Shown: positions 31,459 through 47,908, numbered from the stretch's first letter. The stretch: DNA of 64,000 nt from Eledone cirrhosa (GCA_964016885.1 OZ024749.1:25978001-26042000); one strand, 5' to 3'. Numbers and translations are program-made. Notes: generated from the letters alone by a model not told the origin.

Positions 31459-31838
31459 CAATAATGTTTTGAACAGTTCTTTGATTCATATATTTCATAT
31501 AACTGCTCTGTAAATCATCTGATGTTTTTACATTGAGCTACTTAACTTACTGGTAATAAGGTAGTAATACATTACTGCCTACCACTATTTAGGGTGTGTG
31601 TAAAATACTTACAACTGCTTAAGGTTTTGTGTTTACATAACCATAAATAGTATAACTAATACTATATATATGTATGCATATATATGTATATATATATGTA
31701 TGCATATATATGTATATATATATATATATGTGTATGCATATATATATATATGTGTATGCATATACTCTTTTACTCTTTTACCTGTTTCAGCCATCCGGCT
31801 GAGGCCATGCTGGGGCACCGCCCTTGTTGCTACACATT

Positions 31839-34800
31839 TTATCTCCAGCCTGTATAGGTTGGCCACTGGTGTAGGAGGGAGTTTGTTGCTGCTGCCCTTA
31901 GGTTTCCCTCGTGTCTTGCTGTGGGCTCATCCGGGATCCTGGATAACAAGGTGTCGAGATGTTTCTTAAAGACATCCACCTCCATGTCATGCAAGTCTCG
32001 CAGATGCCTCGGCAGCCTGTTGAAGAGTTGAGGGCCCTTGAATCCCAGGCTATTGCAATACCTGCTCCTTATTCTAGATGTGGAAGACGAGACCTTTGGC
32101 ACCACACAGTGACGTCCTGTTCGACGGTTGGTCCAGCTCCCAATGGCAAAGTTTGGTGCTAGTCCCTCCAGGATTTTCCACATGTAGATCACTGCGTATC
32201 TCTCCCGTCTTCGCTCCAAGGAGTAGAGGTTCAGTTCCTTCAGCCTCTCCCAGTAGCTTGTCTCCCTCATCTTGGCAATCCTCTTGGTGTAGCTTCGCTG
32301 GATTGCCTCAAGCTCTGTGGTTACTTTGACACTATGGGGTGACCACAGCTGGGAGCAGTAGTCCAGGCGGCTTAGGACAAAAGTCCTCCACAGTGTCAAC
32401 ATGGTGTCTCGATCTCTTGTAAGGAAAGTCCTCAAGATCCAGCCAGCGAATCGTCTACATGCTGTCGCCACCTTCATGATGTGTGAAGAAAAAGATGCAT
32501 CATCGCTCATGTCTATGCCCAGGTCTCGTATCGATTTTGACACGGGGATATCGGTCCCTCCTGGTCCTGTGTAGCTGTGTTCCGCTATATTTGTGTTTGT
32601 GTTTGCAGGTTTGTATTGTAGGGATTGGAATTTGCCAGCATTAAACTGCATGATGTTTTCTTCCGCCCATCTGTATATGGCATCCAGATCCTGCTGTAAG
32701 AGGGCAGCGTCAGGCGGGTTTTTGATTGCCTGTGCTACCTTAGTGTCATCAGCATAGCTAGTGAGGGATGTTGTTGCATGCACCACAGAGGGCATGTCCG
32801 AGAGAGCCACCAAAAACAGTAGTGGTCCCAGGACTGTCCCCTGAGGCACCCCACTTGTTATCGGTGTTTCCCTCGAGAGGGCCCCATTTGCTGCGACTGC
32901 CTGGCTTCTGTCCCTCAGGAAGCCATGCAGCCACTCACCTACTTTTCCAGTTATGCCGAGTCCGTGTAGTTTGTGACATATCATTCCGTGTTCGACCTTG
33001 TCAAAGGCCTTCGCAAAGTCAAGTTATATCACGTCTACATGTGAGCTGTCTAGTAGCTGTCTCAGTACCCAGTCGTAGTGATGTAGCAGCTGTGTAAGGC
33101 AGCTTCTTCCTGGGCGGAAGCCATGTTGCGTGCTAGTCAGGCGGTCATTTTCTTCGAGGAAAGTGATTAGTTTCTTTCTGACGACTCGCTCCATGACCTT
33201 ACTGATATGCGACGTCAGGGAGACTGGCCTATAGTTCTTGGCCTCCGCTCTACTACCTCCTTTATGGATAGGGCATATTGTGCCTTCTTTCAGCTCCCTG
33301 GGTAGTACACCGCTAGCCAAGGAGCTTCTGAAGAGCATCTTCAGTGGAGTTGCTAAGGCCCGCTTACATATTTTTAGGAGAACTGCTGGGAATCCATCAG
33401 GTCCAGCAGCCGAGTCTGTTCTAATTTCATCAATGGCGTACACCACATCCTCCTCCGTTATGTCTATGTGGTTGATGGTTGCCATTTCTTGATGTAGTGT
33501 TGTGGCATCAAAGAACTCCTCTGGCTTCGTTATTTGCATGTGCCTCAGTGGACATGTGAAGACACTTTTATACTGTTCGTTCAGTATTTCACATATCTCT
33601 TGGGGATTTTCGGTTAATGAACCGTCCGTGTGGAAGAGTGGTCCAATCTTGCAGTGTACTGAGGCAGTTTCTTTTGCAAATTTAAAGAAGGCCTTAGGGT
33701 TTGTTTTAATGTTTTCTATGGCCCTGTTCTCTTTCCTTGCCCTCTCATTCTCATGTGAAAGCTTGAGTGCAATCTCGGTGTCAAGTAGTGCACGTTTCAA
33801 ATAGGATTCCTTCTTGTTTTGGTTTTGTTGACTATTCAACTGGTTTGAGAGTTTAGTTCTACGTCTCATAAGGATTTTCCTATCTCTGGGAATAAGATTT
33901 TTGTGTCTGTTTGCCTCTTTCTCCGGGACACACTTTTTGCATATGGTGTGTATCGTTGTCATGAAGTGTTGAAATTGTGTGTTAGTGTCTTGTGTGGCGA
34001 TGTTTGCACTCCATGTTTGCTTCCGGATTTCACTCTTAATCTTCTTCCAGTCAGCCCCGTAGAAGTTAAGGCTGGATAGCGTCCCGGAGCTTCTTGGTGG
34101 TTTTGTCTCTGTTGGTTCTCTTGGACCACATATCATTAGCTCTACCAAGTTATGATCCGAGAGAATTGTTGGTGTCACCTTTACATTGTGGATGAGCACT
34201 TCGTTGTTTGTAAAACAGAGGTCCAGGACATTTTCGCCTCTTGTTGGGAGGAGTATTGCTTGCTCCATGAACAGCCTGTGTGTGAGGGCCAGCAGGGATT
34301 CCGTCTGTCTCTGTTCTATTGACGTCATTCCAGGGAGGAGGTGGCCCTCAGGCCATTTGACCTTTGGTAGGTTGAAGTCTCCCAGCAGTAGGATGTTGAG
34401 ACCCTGGTCCAGTTTGTCAAGGACCTCTTCTATCCTACTTAGGCTATCCTCAAATTTACCCTCATGACTGGGGGCATCGGGCGGCCGATATGTGACACAT
34501 ATTACCGTCTGTAGTTGCTTCATATGTATTATCAGTGTGTCACAGACTGAGTTTGAATGTGTCAACAGTACAATTGGTGTGACATCTTCACGGATATACA
34601 GAGAAACCCCACCATGAGTTCTCTCCTTCCTGTCCGAACGAAATACAGTATATTTCGGTATATGTATTTCTGCATCTGCTATACTGCTTGTCAGGTGCGT
34701 TTCGGTTAGTGCCATGCATAGTGCTTGATTGCTTATGGCTAAGTCTCCCAGGTAGGAAATTTTACTCATGTTGCTGAGTTTCACCAGGCCCCTGACATTC

Positions 34801-34880
34801 AGCAGCAGCACTGGTGTGACTTTTGGGGTGCCAGTAATGGCTGTCGGTATGACACCTGGTCTGGTGTCAGCGGCGGCCAC
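31839..34880 (-). pseudogene. LINE ORF2 (APE endonuclease plus reverse transcriptase) with one in-frame stop
   Basis: EN motifs NVRGL, LTETHL, YRPP, GDFN, SDH; RT motifs GPDG, YRPVSL, QHGFR, (Y>stop)LDFAKAFD, GVPQG, YADD. The two track ORFs are in the same frame, separated by TAA at 33024-33026. Confidence 0.92.
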
Positions 34881-34927
34881 TCTGGGTCCCTTAACTGCGG
34901 TGGTCTCGAGTGCTGGTGTGGATGACC

Positions 34928-35665
34928 CTAGCTCTGGAGACGATGCAGCCAGGTCAGCTGTCCCACAAACTTCTCTGCCATCACTAAAAAATTTTTCTGA
35001 TCTGCTGCTGCCATCTGTATCTCGTCGGCATGTGCGTGCCTTCTCCTTGTTGGTGCAGCACGCGCGACATCAGCATACTTCTGGAGCGGCTTATTTCGGC
35101 TTTGGCTGGGGCATGTTGCGCGAGTATGATGGGCATAGTTCGTTTGAGACCTAGGGTGGGCGAATCTGCATCCCATCCCTGTCTCTCCATGCCAGCATGT
35201 CCCGTTCTTGAAAAACTTGCACATTACTTGGTGTTTATTGCTCCCAGTGTCTCGGTGCTTTCTGTTCTTTCTTTGAACAGTTGTCCACTGGTCCCTCTGC
35301 GCTTGGTTCTCCTTCGGAAGGTGATTTCGCTTTTCACCTTTGCCCTTAGCTTGTTGGTTGCCCGGCCTGCCCTCCCTGCCTGTAGCGGAGGGTATATCAT
35401 TTTATTTCAGGTCCGTGCTTGTGCTCTCCTCCTTTTCTTTTTCCCTTTCCTTTTCCTCTTCCTTTTCCCTCTCCTTCTCCTCATCCCTCCCTTCGGTTTT
35501 CTCCTCCCTGAGGACACGGCTTAGCATCGCCATATGAGGCGCTATGAGGACATACGCCTTCTCAATTTCTTTTCTCTTTCTCTCTATCTGTACCAGGGTC
35601 CTCATAAACCCATGGCTCTTCAGGTTCTCCGCCATCTTTTTGCTTGGTGGAGACCCATCAGCCAT
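34928..35665 (-). pseudogene. LINE ORF1 (charged coiled-coil plus CCCH zinc finger) with one in-frame stop
   Basis: MADGSPP.. is in frame with CKFFKNGTCWHGETGMGCRFAHP; single TAA at 35402-35404. Confidence 0.75.
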
Positions 35666-35799
35666 AGTCCACCCCTTGATCAAAACCGCTAGTTCAATCT
35701 TCGACCAGTTTCGCTGACTCCTGATTTCACATTTTTCCCATTTTTTTTATATATATATATATGTATGCATATATATGTATATATATATATATGTATGCA

Positions 35800-35862
<63 letters not shown>

Positions 35863-36065
35863 ATATATATATATGTGTATGCATATATATATATATATAT
35901 GTATGCATAAATATATATATATGTATGCATAAATATATATATATATGTATGCATATATATATATATATGCATATATATATATATATGTATGCATATATAT
36001 GTATATATATATATATATGTATGCATATATATGTATATATATATATATATATATATGTATGCATA

Positions 36066-36125
<60 letters not shown>

Positions 36126-36129
36126 CATA

Positions 36130-36236
<107 letters not shown>

Positions 36237-36397
36237 ATGCATATATATATATATATGTATGCATATATATATATATGTGTATGCATATATATGTATATAT
36301 ATATATATATGTATGCATATATATATGTATGCATATATATGTATATATATATATATATGTATGCATATATATATGTATATATATATATATGTATGCA

Positions 36398-36515
<118 letters not shown>

Positions 36516-36891
36516 CATATATATATATATGTATGCATATATGTATGTATATATATATATGTATGCATATATATATATATATATGTATGCATATATATGT
36601 ATGCATATATATATATGTATGCATATATATGTATATATATATATATATATGTATGCATATATATGTATATATATATATGTATGCATATATATCTATATAT
36701 ATATATATGTATGCATATATTTATATATATGTATGAATATATATTTATATATATATGTGTGTATTTATATATATGTATATGTGTATGTATATATATATAT
36801 GTATATATGTATGTATGTATATATATGTATATATGTATATTTATATATGTATATATATATGTGTGTATATATGTATATATGTGTGTATATT

Positions 36892-37497
36892 ATGTCAGGT
36901 CACCAGTTGGTGCTACTGGTAACATGTATACCAGTACAACTTATCTCATGGTCGGGTCGTTGGCGACTAATCTGGAAACCCCACCAAGGTTTCTTGGTTT
37001 GGAGCGTGACTTTGGACATCCTGCAGGACTAAAAACAAAACCTGTCAAAGGGCAAAGGAGCTCTTAAGAGTCAATGGCCATCCAAAATCACCAGGAGAGA
37101 TGACCACTTAGCCTTTGTCAAGGCAGAATTCTAGGAGAAGGAAACTCTGATATAACACCTGCAACCCTGATGGTATCCAATGATGTTGACTTGTTTTTCT
37201 TTTTGGTAAATATCATCTTGGTTAAGAGAGTGGGACTGGCTTTGTGCAGTGCCTTTGCTCACTATAAAAGTTTCACGGCACAGGCATTGCTTTATATCTG
37301 GAGATCTCTCTGCACTTGTCGTCACATGGTACCATGGGCCCAGCACTGTCAATAATTGTCACAAGTGTAGTGTTTGTACCAGAGTTTTCAAGTCGCTGGC
37401 TGGACTAGAACGTCACACTCGTTCAGCCCATCGGTAGGGGTTCTCCTACATGGATATAAAGTAATGGCCGTACTCGAAAAAGAGTTGGCAACCACCG
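36892..37497 (+). mobile_element. Bipartite non-autonomous RTE-type LINE derivative, copy 1
   Basis: 5'UTR-like part (GGAGAAGGAAACTCTGATAT) joined to a C-terminal C2H2 finger remnant [22 protein letters not shown] and a short 3' end with CTC..GAG hairpin. Confidence 0.6.
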
Positions 37498-37534
37498 TAT
37501 ATATGTATGTATGTATATATATATATATATATAC

Positions 37535-37603
<69 letters not shown>

Positions 37604-37638
37604 TATATACATATATATATATATACATATATATATAC

Positions 37639-37689
<51 letters not shown>

Positions 37690-37736
37690 CATATATATAC
37701 ATATATATATACATATATATATACATATATATATAC

Positions 37737-37809
<73 letters not shown>

Positions 37810-37930
37810 CATATATATATATGTATACATATATATATATACATATATATATATGTATACATATATATATATACATATATACATATATATATATACATAT
37901 ATATATATGTATACATATATATCTATATAC

Positions 37931-37994
<64 letters not shown>

Positions 37995-38336
37995 GTATAC
38001 ATATATATATGTATACATATATATATATATACATATATACATATATATATATATACATATATATATATGTATACATATATATATATACATATATATATAT
38101 ATACATATATACATATATATATATACATATATATATATATGTATACATATATATATATACATATATACATATATATATATACATATATATATATATGTAT
38201 ACATATATATATATATATATACATATATACATATATATATATACCTATATATATACATATATATATAAATGTATACATATATATATACATATATATATAC
38301 ATATATATACATATATATATATACATATATATATAT

Positions 38337-38697
38337 TATAAAAATTATAAAAATAAACAAAGAAGCCTTCAATACATCATAAGTCTTTATTAGCCTACAT
38401 TAATAAGGACTCATCGGGGCAAGTAAATTGACAAGAAGCATTAATGGCCAGAACACCAAAACTCAGAAGAATAGGGAATTCATATCCATGAAAGTTTAGG
38501 AAAGATATCAAGGAAAAGCATGCTAAAGCTAAAAGTGTGCAGTTACAAATATAGACTATAGGGCAAGAAAGCGAGTAATATGTCAAACCTACGTTGAAAG
38601 TACAGTATAAGACAAATAGATTTAATACAACATGGTAATATAATGTTAGAATTACAATATGATATAGTGGATAATAATAAATAAAAAGCTTAATATA

Positions 38698-38742
<45 letters not shown>

Positions 38743-38787
38743 TACAATATGATATAGTGGATAATAATAAATAAAAAGCTTAATATA

Positions 38788-38844
<57 letters not shown>

Positions 38845-39673
38845 CCATATATATACACATTTACACAAACACATACTAACACTTATTAAGTATTAAAATA
38901 TAAATATACTCTTTATAATATAAAATCACCCTGACGGTGTACATAAACTATACAAAAAAACCAATAGAATAATAATATAATATATAGACATCAGAAAACA
39001 TACAAAACTACATCATACATATCATTTGATGTCAACAAATTGTATATAAAGTTTTTCAAGGGTAAGAAAAAATATATATACAATTTGTTGACATCAAATG
39101 ATATGTATGATGTAGTTTTGTATGTTTTTTGATGTCTATATATTATATTATTATTCTATTGGTTTTTTTGTATAGTTTATGCACACCGTCAGGCTGATTT
39201 TATATTATAAAGAGTATATTTATATTTTAATACTTAATAAGTGTTAGTATGTGTTTGTGTAAATGTGTATATATATGGATATATATATATATATATACAT
39301 ATATTAAGCTTTTTATTTATTATTATCCCCTATATCATATTGTAATTCTAACATTATATTACCATATTGTAGTTAATGTATTTGTCTTATACTGTACTTT
39401 CAACGTAGGTTTGACACATTACTCGCTTTCTTGCCCTATAGTCTATACTTGTAACTGCACACTTTTAGCTTTAGCATGCTTTTCCTTGTTATCTTTATAA
39501 ACTTTCATGGATATGAATTCCTATTCTTCTGAGTTTTGGATTGTTCTGGCCGTTAATGCTTCTTGTCAATTTACTTGCCCTGATGAGGTCTTATTAATGG
39601 GACGAAACATTGTAGGCTAATAAAGACTTATGATGTATTGAAGGCTTCTTTGTTTATTTTTATAATTTTTATA
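38337..39673. mobile_element. Fold-back hammerhead element P2 (duplicate of P1, with an extra internal tandem duplication at ~38650-38830)
   Basis: Same spacer (39049-39074) and same arm-specific mutations as P1. Confidence 0.82.
39577..39617 (+). ncRNA. Type I hammerhead ribozyme (identical to 23687-23727)
   Basis: GCCCTGATGAGGTCTTATTAATGGGACGAAACATTGTAGGC. Confidence 0.8.
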
Positions 39674-39700
39674 ATATATATATATGTATATATATATGTA

Positions 39701-39740
<40 letters not shown>

Positions 39741-39753
39741 GTATATATATATG

Positions 39754-39810
<57 letters not shown>

Positions 39811-39811
39811 C

Positions 39812-39862
<51 letters not shown>

Positions 39863-39885
39863 GTATATGTATATATTTATATATG

Positions 39886-39932
<47 letters not shown>

Positions 39933-39981
39933 GTATATGTATATATTTATATATGTATATATATATATATGTATATATATG

Positions 39982-40186
<205 letters not shown>

Positions 40187-40201
40187 GTATATATATATAT
40201 G

Positions 40202-40266
<65 letters not shown>

Positions 40267-40279
40267 GTATATATATATG

Positions 40280-40364
<85 letters not shown>

Positions 40365-40411
40365 GTATATATATATGTATATATATATATGTATATATAT
40401 ATATGTATATA

Positions 40412-40581
<170 letters not shown>

Positions 40582-40659
40582 CGTATATATGTATACATAT
40601 ACGTATATATGTATATATATATATATGTATATATATATATGTGTATATATATATATGTG

Positions 40660-40694
<35 letters not shown>

Positions 40695-40709
40695 GTGTAT
40701 ATATATATG

Positions 40710-40740
<31 letters not shown>

Positions 40741-40977
40741 GTATATGTATATATATATATGTATATATATATGTATATATATATGTATATATATATATAT
40801 ATGTATATATATATGTATATGTATATATATATATGTATATATATATGTATATGTATATATATATATATGTATATATATATGTATAAATATATATATATAT
40901 ATGTATGCATATATATGTATGTATATATATATGTATGCATATATATGTATATATATATATATGTATGCATATATATG

Positions 40978-41008
<31 letters not shown>

Positions 41009-41087
41009 GTATGTATGCATATATGTATATATATATGTATGCATATATATGTATATATATATATATGTATATATATATATGTATGCA

Positions 41088-41131
<44 letters not shown>

Positions 41132-41189
41132 CATATATATGTATATATATATATATATATGTATGCATATATATATATATGTATGCATA

Positions 41190-41260
<71 letters not shown>

Positions 41261-41288
41261 ATGCATATATATATATATATGTGTATGC

Positions 41289-41319
<31 letters not shown>

Positions 41320-41459
41320 CATATATATGTATATATATATGTATGCATATATATGTATATATATATATATATATATGTGTATGCATATATATATATATGT
41401 GTATGCATATATATATATATATATATGTATGCATATATATGTATATATATATGTATGCA

Positions 41460-41516
<57 letters not shown>

Positions 41517-41897
41517 ATATATATATATATGTATGCCTATATATATATATATGTATGCATAAATATATATATATGTATGCATAAATATATATATATATGT
41601 ATGTATATATATATATATATATGTATGCATATATATATATATATGTATGCATAAATATATATGTATGCATATATATATATATATATGTATGCATATATAT
41701 ATATATATGTATGCATATATATGTATGCATATATATGTATATATATATATATATATGTATGCATATATATGTATATATATATATATATATATATGTATGC
41801 ATATATATATATATATATGTATGCATATATATGTATATATATATATATATATATGTATGCATATATATGTATATATATATATATAAATGTATGCATA

Positions 41898-41942
<45 letters not shown>

Positions 41943-42103
41943 ATGCATATATATATATATATGTATGCATATATATATATATGTGTATGCATATATATGT
42001 ATATATATATATATATATGTATGCATATATATATGTATGCATATATATGTATATATATATATATATGTATGCATATATATATGTATATATATATATGTAT
42101 GCA

Positions 42104-42143
<40 letters not shown>

Positions 42144-42149
42144 TATATG

Positions 42150-42207
<58 letters not shown>

Positions 42208-42583
42208 CATATATATATATATGTATGCATATATGTATGTATATATATATATATATGTATGCATATATATATATATATGTATGCATATATATGTATGCAT
42301 ATATATATATGTATGCATATATATGTATATATATATATATATGTATGCATATATATGTATATATATATATGTATGCATATATATCTATATATATATATAT
42401 GTATGCATATATTTATATATATGTATGAATATATATTTATATATATATGTGTGTATTTATATATATGTATATGTGTATGTATATATATATGTATATATGT
42501 ATGTATGTATATATATGTATATATGTATATTTATATATGTATATATATATATGTGTGTATATATGTATATATGTGTGTATATT

Positions 42584-43189
42584 ATGTCAGGTCACCAGTT
42601 GGTGCTACTGGTAACATGTATACCAGTACAACTTGTCTCATGGTCGGGTCGTTTGCGACTAATCTGGAAACCCCACCAAGGTTTCTTGGTTTGGAGCGTG
42701 ACTTTGGACATCCTGCAGGACTAAAAACAAAACCTGTCAAAGGGCAAAGGAGCTCTTATGAGTCAATGGCCATCCAAAATCACCAGGAGAGATGACCACT
42801 TAGCCTTTGTCAAGGCAGAATTCTAGGAGAAGGAAACTCTGATATAACACCTGCAACCCTGATGGTATCCAATGATGTTGACTTGTTTTTCTTTTTGGTA
42901 AATATCATCTTGGTTAAGAGAGTGGGACTGGCTTTGTGCAGTGCCTTTGCTCACTATGAAAGTTTCACGGCACAGGCATTGCTTTATATCTGGAAATCTC
43001 TCTGCACTTGTCGTCACATGGTACCATGGGCCCAGCACTGTCAATAATTGTCACAAGTGTAGTGTTTGTACCAGAGTTTTCAAGTCGCTGGCTGGACTAG
43101 AACGTCACACTCGTTCAGCCCATCGGTAGGGGTTCTCCTACATGGATATAAAGTAATGGCCGTACTCGAAAACGAGTTGGCAACCACCG
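42584..43189 (+). mobile_element. Bipartite non-autonomous RTE-type derivative, copy 2
   Basis: Near-identical to 36892-37497, offset 5692 bp. Confidence 0.6.
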
Positions 43190-43202
43190 TATATATGTAT
43201 GC

Positions 43203-43282
<80 letters not shown>

Positions 43283-43285
43283 GTG

Positions 43286-44309
<1,024 letters not shown>

Positions 44310-44870
44310 GGTAGGAAGGAAGGAAGGAACGACCGAACGAACGAATGAAGGAATGAATCAAGGAAAGAAGGAAAATAAGGAAGGAATAAAGAAAGCAAGA
44401 AAGAAAGAAAGAAGGGAAAAGAGAGAAGAAACAATAAAATGGATAAAAGAAAAAGAATGGAGATAAAAGACAGAAAGAGAGAAGAAAAGAGAGAAAGAAC
44501 GAGAGAAAAAAAGAGAGTGAAAGACTGAAAGAGAATGAGTGTGTGTGAAATCTGATTAAGAGTAAAAGAGTGATAGAGAGTGAAAGAGTGAAAGGGTAAT
44601 AGAAAGTGAAAGAGAGTGATAGAGAGTGAAAGGGTGATAGAGAGTGAAAGAGAGTGAATGAGTGAAAGAGTGAATGAGTGAAAGAGTGATATAGAGTGAA
44701 GGAGTGACGGAGAGTGAAGGAGTGACAAAGAGTGAAATACTGTAAGAGAATGATGGAGTAAAAGAGGGGGAGAGAATGAAAGACTGAAAGAGGTTGAGTG
44801 AGAGTGAAAAAGTGATAGCGAGTGCAAGAGAGTGAATAAGAGGGAAAGAGTTGTTGAAGATAGAAGATAA
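44310..44870. repeat. Purine-rich low-complexity / degenerate GAGTGAAAGA repeat
   Basis: Direct reading. Confidence 0.8.
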
Positions 44871-44973
44871 AATTTGTAAGTTAACCAGATAACCTTTATC
44901 AACTCTGAAAAACTCATAAATAAATATTTAACCAAGAAATATCACATCTCTACTAATGGACTTTATTACTATA

Positions 44974-45017
<44 letters not shown>

Positions 45018-45018
45018 C

Positions 45019-45083
<65 letters not shown>

Positions 45084-45174
45084 TATATATATATATATAT
45101 ATACACACACGTATATATATATATATACACACACATATATATATATATATACACACATATATATATATATATAT

Positions 45175-45217
<43 letters not shown>

Positions 45218-45244
45218 TATATATACACACACATATATATATAT

Positions 45245-45293
<49 letters not shown>

Positions 45294-45322
45294 TATATAT
45301 ATATACACACATGTATATATAT

Positions 45323-45388
<66 letters not shown>

Positions 45389-45954
45389 GCACACACACAT
45401 ATATATTTGCACACACACATATATATACGCACACACACACATATATATATATATATATACACATGTATATATATATATATACACACACAAACATGTAAAT
45501 TTTTTCGAAACACGTAGATGTATATATATATATATGTATATATATAGAGAAAGAGACATATATATATATACACACACACATATATATACGTATATATGTA
45601 TATTTAAAGATATATATACAGATATATATGTATATATTTACATAAACAAATATATGTGTAGATATATATATATATAAATACATATCTATCTATATATATA
45701 TACGTATATATTTATATATATATATATATATAAATAAATAAATATAAATATTAATATATCTCATATATATATATTTATATATACATATATATATTTACAC
45801 ATGTGTTACACTTATATTCAAATACATGTATATATATATATAAATTTATTCATATATATATATATATATATGTGTGTTTATCTAAAATTACATACAATTA
45901 AACACATTTATATATATACAAATATATATATATATTTATTTTTATTCATGTATG

Positions 45955-46070
<116 letters not shown>

Positions 46071-46340
46071 TTATACATACATATATTGGATTTACCAATC
46101 GAGGACGTATATATTTATATATACACGAGTATATAATTTCTATATAATTTTTTCTCTTGATCAGATAGTATAGGGTAGGAATGTGTTACTCCCCGCCATT
46201 ACAATATGTGATCTGTTGTTTCCAATCATATCTTCTTGGCCTCTGAACGAACCTCAACCTTCATATTACAACTTATCATGATTGATTCAACACATACACT
46301 CACACACACTTACATAGGTATACAGATATATATATAGAGG

Positions 46341-46418
<78 letters not shown>

Positions 46419-46697
46419 CAAGTGTGTGCGTGTGTGTGCACATACTTCCACACAATCGTAAGAATATATATGTATATATATGTATATATATGTATACATA
46501 GATATATACATATATCTATATGTATATATATGTATACATATATATATGTATATATATGTATACATATATATATGTATATATATTGTATACATATGTATAT
46601 GTATATATATGTATATATATGTATACATATATATGTATGTATATATATGTATATATATGTATATATATATCTATATATATGTATACATAGATATATG

Positions 46698-46733
<36 letters not shown>

Positions 46734-47535
46734 TATATGTGTATATATATATGTGTATATATATATGTGTATATATATATATATATATAAATACATTATG
46801 AAGAGAGAAGAAACATTTAGATATAATTAGTAATAAAATGTATCATACCTAAACTGCTCCTAGATTCCTCGACTACGTAGTTTCGTGGCATAAACAAAAA
46901 CAATACATCGTAAAGATATAGAGTCCTTGCGAGGTCTGCCGACTTATCAAGAGGATACCTCATTTTACTGGCTTCAAGAACGCGTCTACACGACGTGAGA
47001 AAGAATCCCAAAAGGCGGAGGGGGAGATAGTCACGCGATATAACGGTCGAGAAACAGAGCTAAGCCTCTTATAACCCCGAAGAAAATACCACGGAGGCGG
47101 AGGGGGTATTTATATCGAAGCCGTAGAAGAGGTAGTGAAGGGGGCGAGAAGTATGAGTAATGGCAGCTTTCAACAGTCACCACACTTCAAAGATCACTCG
47201 ACCAGAGGGAGTTATGAACAATATATTTAGAAACACACAGATACATGCGGACATACACATATACATGAATATATATACATGAATATATATATATATATAT
47301 ATATATGTAAATATATATATGTAAATATATATATATGTAAATATATATATATGTAAATATATATATATATTTACATATATATATATATATGTATACATAT
47401 ATATATGTATATATATATATATGTATACATATATATATGTACATATATATATATGTATATATATGTATACATATATATACGTAAATATATATATTGTAAA
47501 TATATATATATGTATTGTTATACTTTGGGAGGGTC

Positions 47536-47588
47536 ATGTTGTCACTGAAGAGGTCAGAGAATGTGTGACGAAAGAACTTTGACAATAT
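47536..47588 (+). ncRNA. Type I hammerhead ribozyme candidate with very short stem III
   Basis: AUGUUGUCA-CUGAAGA-G-GUCA(GAGAAUGUG)UGAC-GAAAG-AA-CUU^UGACAAUAU; 9-bp stem I including one G-U pair. Confidence 0.65.
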
Positions 47589-47718
47589 ATAAACAATCAT
47601 CTGGTTGTGGAACCACCCAACCAAACGGAAATTTATAAATTCCTAAATTTATGAATTTATTATAATAAATTGAAGTATATATATATTTATACACATATAT
47701 ATATCTATATCTATATAC

Positions 47719-47769
<51 letters not shown>

Positions 47770-47908
47770 CATATATATGTATATATGTATACATATATAT
47801 GTATATATGTATATATACATATATATGTATATATATATATACATATATATGTATATATACATATATATGTATATATATATATACATATATATATACATAT
47901 ATATATAC

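Larger units (their letters stand above)
25562..31661. mobile_element. Palindromic, 5'-truncated Penelope-like retroelement (GIY-YIG, Naiad-type)
   Basis: Arms 25562-28523 and 28557-31499 are reverse complements (mirror ORFs in the track translate identically) with a 33-bp spacer; right arm extends a further ~160 bp; inserted in TA/TATGCA microsatellite. Confidence 0.92.
31763..35748 (-). mobile_element. Near full-length CR1/L2-group LINE
   Basis: ORF1 with CCCH finger, ORF2 APE-RT, 3' tandem tail (TAAAAGAG)2 at 31763-31780; flanked by TA microsatellite. Confidence 0.92.

Noticed and set aside
47065-47132. Hammerhead-like CCTCTT..CCGAAGA-AAATACC..GGTATTT..CGAAG..GTA..AAGAGG
   Set aside because: GAAA core absent and the spacing between stems and core is wrong
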